This document shows positions 60,441-64,000 of a DNA stretch of 64,000 bases, in pieces (position 1 is the first letter of the stretch; each line of letters opens with the position of its first letter). A program made the translations under genes and the position numbers. The stretch lies in the NCBI GenBank assembly GCA_963662795.1, contig OY759746.1, positions 2,752,001 to 2,816,000 of the forward strand. Reading direction: 5' to 3'. Below the pieces are notes generated by a model that saw nothing but the letters and a program-made list of their open reading frames with translations, was not told where the DNA came from and did not search any database. This stretch comes from Spirochaetia bacterium (GTDB lineage: Bacteria; Spirochaetota; Spirochaetia; CADAEX01).

Positions 60441-61385
60441 GTGATTCTCCCTGAAAGAAGATTCAGTTTTTCATCAAAAAAACGCCGTAAACAGGGGTTT
60501 AAAAGATTTGCATTCCTGCTGATTTTGATACTCGTGGCAGGCGGTGTATATCTGTCTGTAAAAAACAGGAATACCCTTAAAAAGATTATTAATAAACCGA
60601 CACGGAATGACGTTATAATGGAGCTGTGGGACAATCAGAAATACAGCGATCTTATTGAGTATTGCGACAATATTCTTGAAAAAGAACCTTCCAGTTTTGA
60701 TGCGCTCATGTTCAGGGGATTTTCATCTTTTTACGAGGGTGCTGCAAAGGTCAGCCTGGAAGAAAGACTTCCTCTTATTGATGATGCTGTGCTGTTTTTA
60801 AGAAAAGCAGTTTTGTTTGATGAAAAAAAAATGAGGCCGCAGATAGACTATGTTCTGGGAAAGGCTTATTATCATAAAGGAAGATACTATTGCGACCTTT
60901 CTGTAAAGTATCTTGAAAAATCCCTTTCTGAAAATCATGTCGGCAAAGATACCTATGATTATCTGGGCCTTGCTTATGTAGAACTTGGAAACAAGGAAAA
61001 AAGCGCGGAATATTTTGAAATTGCAGCTGAGAACAATCCTTCAGATATTCTTTTTCTCATACTTGCGCAGGTTTATATTGATCTGGGAAAAAGTGATAAA
61101 GCGGAAGAATATCTATTGAGATCCAACAATAAAACAGCAGATCCCCAGATTGAAGAAAAAAATCTGTTTCTTTTAGGGCAAATCTATCAGGACAGAAACG
61201 AGATGTTAAAGGCTGAAGACTGCTACCAGAGAATAATTCAGAAAAACCCGAGATCGGCAGATGCATACTACAAACTGGGTTTGTTATATGAAACAGCAGG
61301 AGATAAAATAAAAGCGCGTGCTGAATGGCGCAATGCTCTTCGTGCCGACCCTGAACATTACGGGACAAGACTGAAACTATTTTAG
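60441..61385 (+). CDS. Membrane-anchored TPR protein
   Basis: N-terminal TM; several TPRs (YVLGKAYY, YLGLAYVELG, AYYKLGLLYE). Confidence 0.85.
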   Translation: MILPERRFSFSSKKRRKQGFKRFAFLLILILVAGGVYLSVKNRNTLKKIINKPTRNDVIMELWDNQKYSDLIEYCDNILEKEPSSFDALMFRGFSSFYEGAAKVSLEERLPLIDDAVLFLRKAVLFDEKKMRPQIDYVLGKAYYHKGRYYCDLSVKYLEKSLSENHVGKDTYDYLGLAYVELGNKEKSAEYFEIAAENNPSDILFLILAQVYIDLGKSDKAEEYLLRSNNKTADPQIEEKNLFLLGQIYQDRNEMLKAEDCYQRIIQKNPRSADAYYKLGLLYETAGDKIKARAEWRNALRADPEHYGTRLKLF

Positions 61386-61484
61386 AGAAATTCAGCGCTG
61401 ATTAATTTACATTATTATTTTTTTCACTTATAATATCAAAAATTGTTATGGGACTTATTGTGTATATACATCCGGGAGGGTTAT

Positions 61485-62525
61485 ATGGGATTTATCAGCA
61501 AGATCAGCAGCGCTTTTACATCGGATATCGGTATTGATCTGGGAACTTGTAACACACTGATATATGTCAGGGGAAAGGGTATTGTTGTATCTGAACCGTC
61601 TGTTGTTGCTGTTGAAAGGGGAACAAAAAAAGTTGTCGCAGTAGGGACAGACGCAAAGAAAATGTTGTGGAAAACCCCTGGTGATATTATAGCAATAAGA
61701 CCTCTTCGCGATGGTGTAATTGCAGATCTTGAAACAACTGAAAAAATGATCAGATATTTTATATCAAGAGTTCTTCCCAAAAGATGGCTTGTAAAACCCA
61801 GAATGGTAATAGGCGTACCAAGCTGCATAACAGAAGTTGAAAGAAGGGCTGTGGAAGAAAGCGCTTATAAAGCCGGGGCCAGAGAAGTCAAGGTTATCGA
61901 AGAATCCCTTGCTGCTGCTATAGGAGCTAATATACCGATTTTTGAACCGGCAGGCCACATGGTGTGTGATATCGGAGGGGGGACAACAGAGATTTCCGTT
62001 ATTTCTCTTGGAGGTATGGTTGTAAGCAATGCCATAAGGCTTGGAGGTGATGAATTTGATGAAGCCATTATCAAGCATGTGCGGAGCGTCCATAACCTGA
62101 TAATTGGAGAACAGACTGCGGAAAACCTCAAGATAAAAATAGGAAATGCCTATTCGGATAAAAAGATTGAAAGAATGGAAATAAAAGGGACAGACGCAAT
62201 AACCGGTCTTCCCAGAAGGCTTGAGATGGATTCTATCGAAGTGAGAGAGGCTCTTCAGGAACCGGTAAATGCAGTAATTGAAGAAATAAAAAGAACCCTG
62301 GGACAGACGCCGCCGGAACTGGCCGCAGATATAGTTGAGAGAGGAATTGTAATGACCGGAGGAGGATCACTTCTGGCGGGCCTTTCAAACCTGATTTCAA
62401 AAGAGACGGGGGTTCCTGTAATACTTGCGGAAGAGCCGCTTAACTGTGTCGCTCTTGGCGCAGGGATGTACTACGATTTTGCTAAAAATTCTTCCAATAA
62501 AACAATCTACAACTCATTAAACTGA
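61485..62525 (+). CDS. mreB: Rod shape-determining protein MreB
   Basis: [30 protein letters not shown]; ATG 61485 with GGAGG. Confidence 0.98.
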   Translation: MGFISKISSAFTSDIGIDLGTCNTLIYVRGKGIVVSEPSVVAVERGTKKVVAVGTDAKKMLWKTPGDIIAIRPLRDGVIADLETTEKMIRYFISRVLPKRWLVKPRMVIGVPSCITEVERRAVEESAYKAGAREVKVIEESLAAAIGANIPIFEPAGHMVCDIGGGTTEISVISLGGMVVSNAIRLGGDEFDEAIIKHVRSVHNLIIGEQTAENLKIKIGNAYSDKKIERMEIKGTDAITGLPRRLEMDSIEVREALQEPVNAVIEEIKRTLGQTPPELAADIVERGIVMTGGGSLLAGLSNLISKETGVPVILAEEPLNCVALGAGMYYDFAKNSSNKTIYNSLN

Positions 62526-62538
62526 AGTTAAGACACAT

Positions 62539-63396
62539 ATGAGAAAAAAAAACGGAGAAAGCAGGATAAAAAAGGAAACTTTACTATTTATCCTGCTTTT
62601 ACTGGTTAATTCAGTCCTGATGGTATCTGACAGAAGGGGAAAAGAGGTCTTAAAACTTTCTGAACTGGGATTTTCATTCCTCTCGGTTTTTCAGCAGGGG
62701 TTCGCGTATTTTACGGATTTTATTAATGAAACCGGCAACTCAATCAATGAGCTTAAAAAAATAAAAACTGAATACAGGGATTTACTTAAAAAAGTTTCAG
62801 AATATGAATCTCTTGAAAAAGATTATCTTGACCTGAAAAGGGAAAACGAGGAGATGAGAAGGCAGCTTTCCCTGAGCGGCAACAGCAAAATGGAAAAAAT
62901 ACCTGCCCAGATAACAGGCAGCGATCCCGGTATTTTTTATAATACCATTATTATTGATAAGGGATCGAAACACGGCATAACAAAGGACATGGCGGTTGTC
63001 GCTTTCTATGAAGGCTTTCAGGGGCTTGTGGGACGGGTGATAGAGACAGGAGCTTATTCCTCAAAAATTATACCGCTTTATGATAAAAAATTCTCTGCAG
63101 CGGCAAGACTTCAGAATCTGAGATATGAAGGAATATTAAGCGGGAATGGCGACAGCAGGTCTCTTTGTCTTATGAATTATGTAAACAAAAACGCGAGAGA
63201 CAAGATCGGCTATGGAGATGTTGTTGTTACTTCCGGTATGAGCTCTATCTATCCGGGCGGAATTTACATCGGCAGGGTAAGAAGTGTTGTTGCGAAAGAA
63301 TATGAAACATCACTTGAGCTTGAGATTGAACCGGTTGTGGATTTTTCAAGACTTGAATATGTTTTTGTGCTGAAAAAAGAGACGGAAATTCAATGA
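62539..63396 (+). CDS. mreC: Rod shape-determining protein MreC
   Basis: TM + coiled coil, IDKGSKHGI, GLVGRV, GDVVVTSG, PVVDFSRLEYVFV. Confidence 0.95.
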   Translation: MRKKNGESRIKKETLLFILLLLVNSVLMVSDRRGKEVLKLSELGFSFLSVFQQGFAYFTDFINETGNSINELKKIKTEYRDLLKKVSEYESLEKDYLDLKRENEEMRRQLSLSGNSKMEKIPAQITGSDPGIFYNTIIIDKGSKHGITKDMAVVAFYEGFQGLVGRVIETGAYSSKIIPLYDKKFSAAARLQNLRYEGILSGNGDSRSLCLMNYVNKNARDKIGYGDVVVTSGMSSIYPGGIYIGRVRSVVAKEYETSLELEIEPVVDFSRLEYVFVLKKETEIQ

Positions 63397-63899
63397 GAAA
63401 GAGTAAACTTTTATCAATAACAATAATTATGCTCCTTATTGTCGTACTCCAGAGCACCTTATTCAATAAACTTCCAGGGAGTTTTGTATTTCCTGATTTT
63501 ACACTTGTAATACTTGTATTTTTCTCCAACGGAAGGGGAAGAATGGAGGGGCAGGTAAGCGGATTTATAACAGGCCTGGCTGAAGATTTCTTAAGCCTTT
63601 CTCCCCCCGGATTTAACAGTTTTATAAAAACTGCTGTCGGCTATATTTACGGCAGTTTCAGGGGCAAAATATTTATTGACCCTATATTCTTCCCTGTTAT
63701 AATGGTTATGGTGGCGACATTGCTTAAAGCATTCTGCGCGCTTTTAATATCCGCCCTTTTTATTAAACCCGAAGCAGGTCCAGCCATATTTACCTCAAGG
63801 TTTGCCATTGAATTGGTTGAAAATTGTATTGCAGCGCCGTTTATTTTTGCCCTGATGAAAACTTTTAAATTCTATTCTGCCGAAGACAGGGGTTTTTAA
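63393..63899 (+). CDS. mreD: Rod shape-determining protein MreD
   Basis: PDFTLVIL, GFITGLAEDFLS; follows mreC. Confidence 0.92.
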   Translation: MRKSKLLSITIIMLLIVVLQSTLFNKLPGSFVFPDFTLVILVFFSNGRGRMEGQVSGFITGLAEDFLSLSPPGFNSFIKTAVGYIYGSFRGKIFIDPIFFPVIMVMVATLLKAFCALLISALFIKPEAGPAIFTSRFAIELVENCIAAPFIFALMKTFKFYSAEDRGF

Positions 63900-63900
63900 T

Positions 63901-64000
63901 ATGACCGCCGGAGACTTTCAGGCAGGAAGCAAGGAATCGCTAAAATCCAGAATTACTGTTATTATGATATTCTCACTAACGTTCCTTGTTATATATTCCG
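63901..64000 (+). CDS. mrdA: Start of penicillin-binding protein 2 (partial)
   Basis: ATG directly after mreD; MTAGDF..KSRITVIMIFSLTFLVIYS TM start; inferred from synteny. Confidence 0.65.
   Translation, partial: MTAGDFQAGSKESLKSRITVIMIFSLTFLVIYS

Overview
Bacterial chromosomal window, almost certainly from a free-living spirochaete (Spirochaetales). The evidence is a FlaB-type flagellin with a sigma28/CsrA leader, a BpuR-like PUR protein, a short hinge-less SMC, and a gene order matching the spirochaete backbone as I recall it. From about 23.3 to 64 kb it is conserved core: tRNA-Gly, bpuR, rnhB, smc, ffh-rpsP-khpA-rimM-trmD-rplS, coaD-rpmF-acpP-rnc, cca, flaB, tRNA-Thr/Tyr, mltG-dnaG-rpoD-Zn ribbon-rnpB and mreBCD-mrdA. 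From 1 to 23.3 kb it is accessory: a PAS-LuxR regulator with FGE-fold and Fn3-like lipoproteins, metY, redox enzymes, two ABC systems, and a decaying lipoprotein hotspot next to tRNA-Gly. No CRISPR array, transposase, integrase or reverse transcriptase was seen. The most notable observations are four. (1) A 1080-bp integrase-less lipoprotein cassette is bounded by a 99-bp duplicated gene 3' end whose 5 differences are all synonymous. (2) A FliK-like/FlhB-C-like/HD-GYP/YraN cluster contains an uncalled 50-aa FlgM-C-like ORF. (3) A CTG start restores a lipoprotein signal peptide in the smc operon. (4) Many genes appear to be leaderless. All product calls come from motif recognition by eye; no database searches were run.
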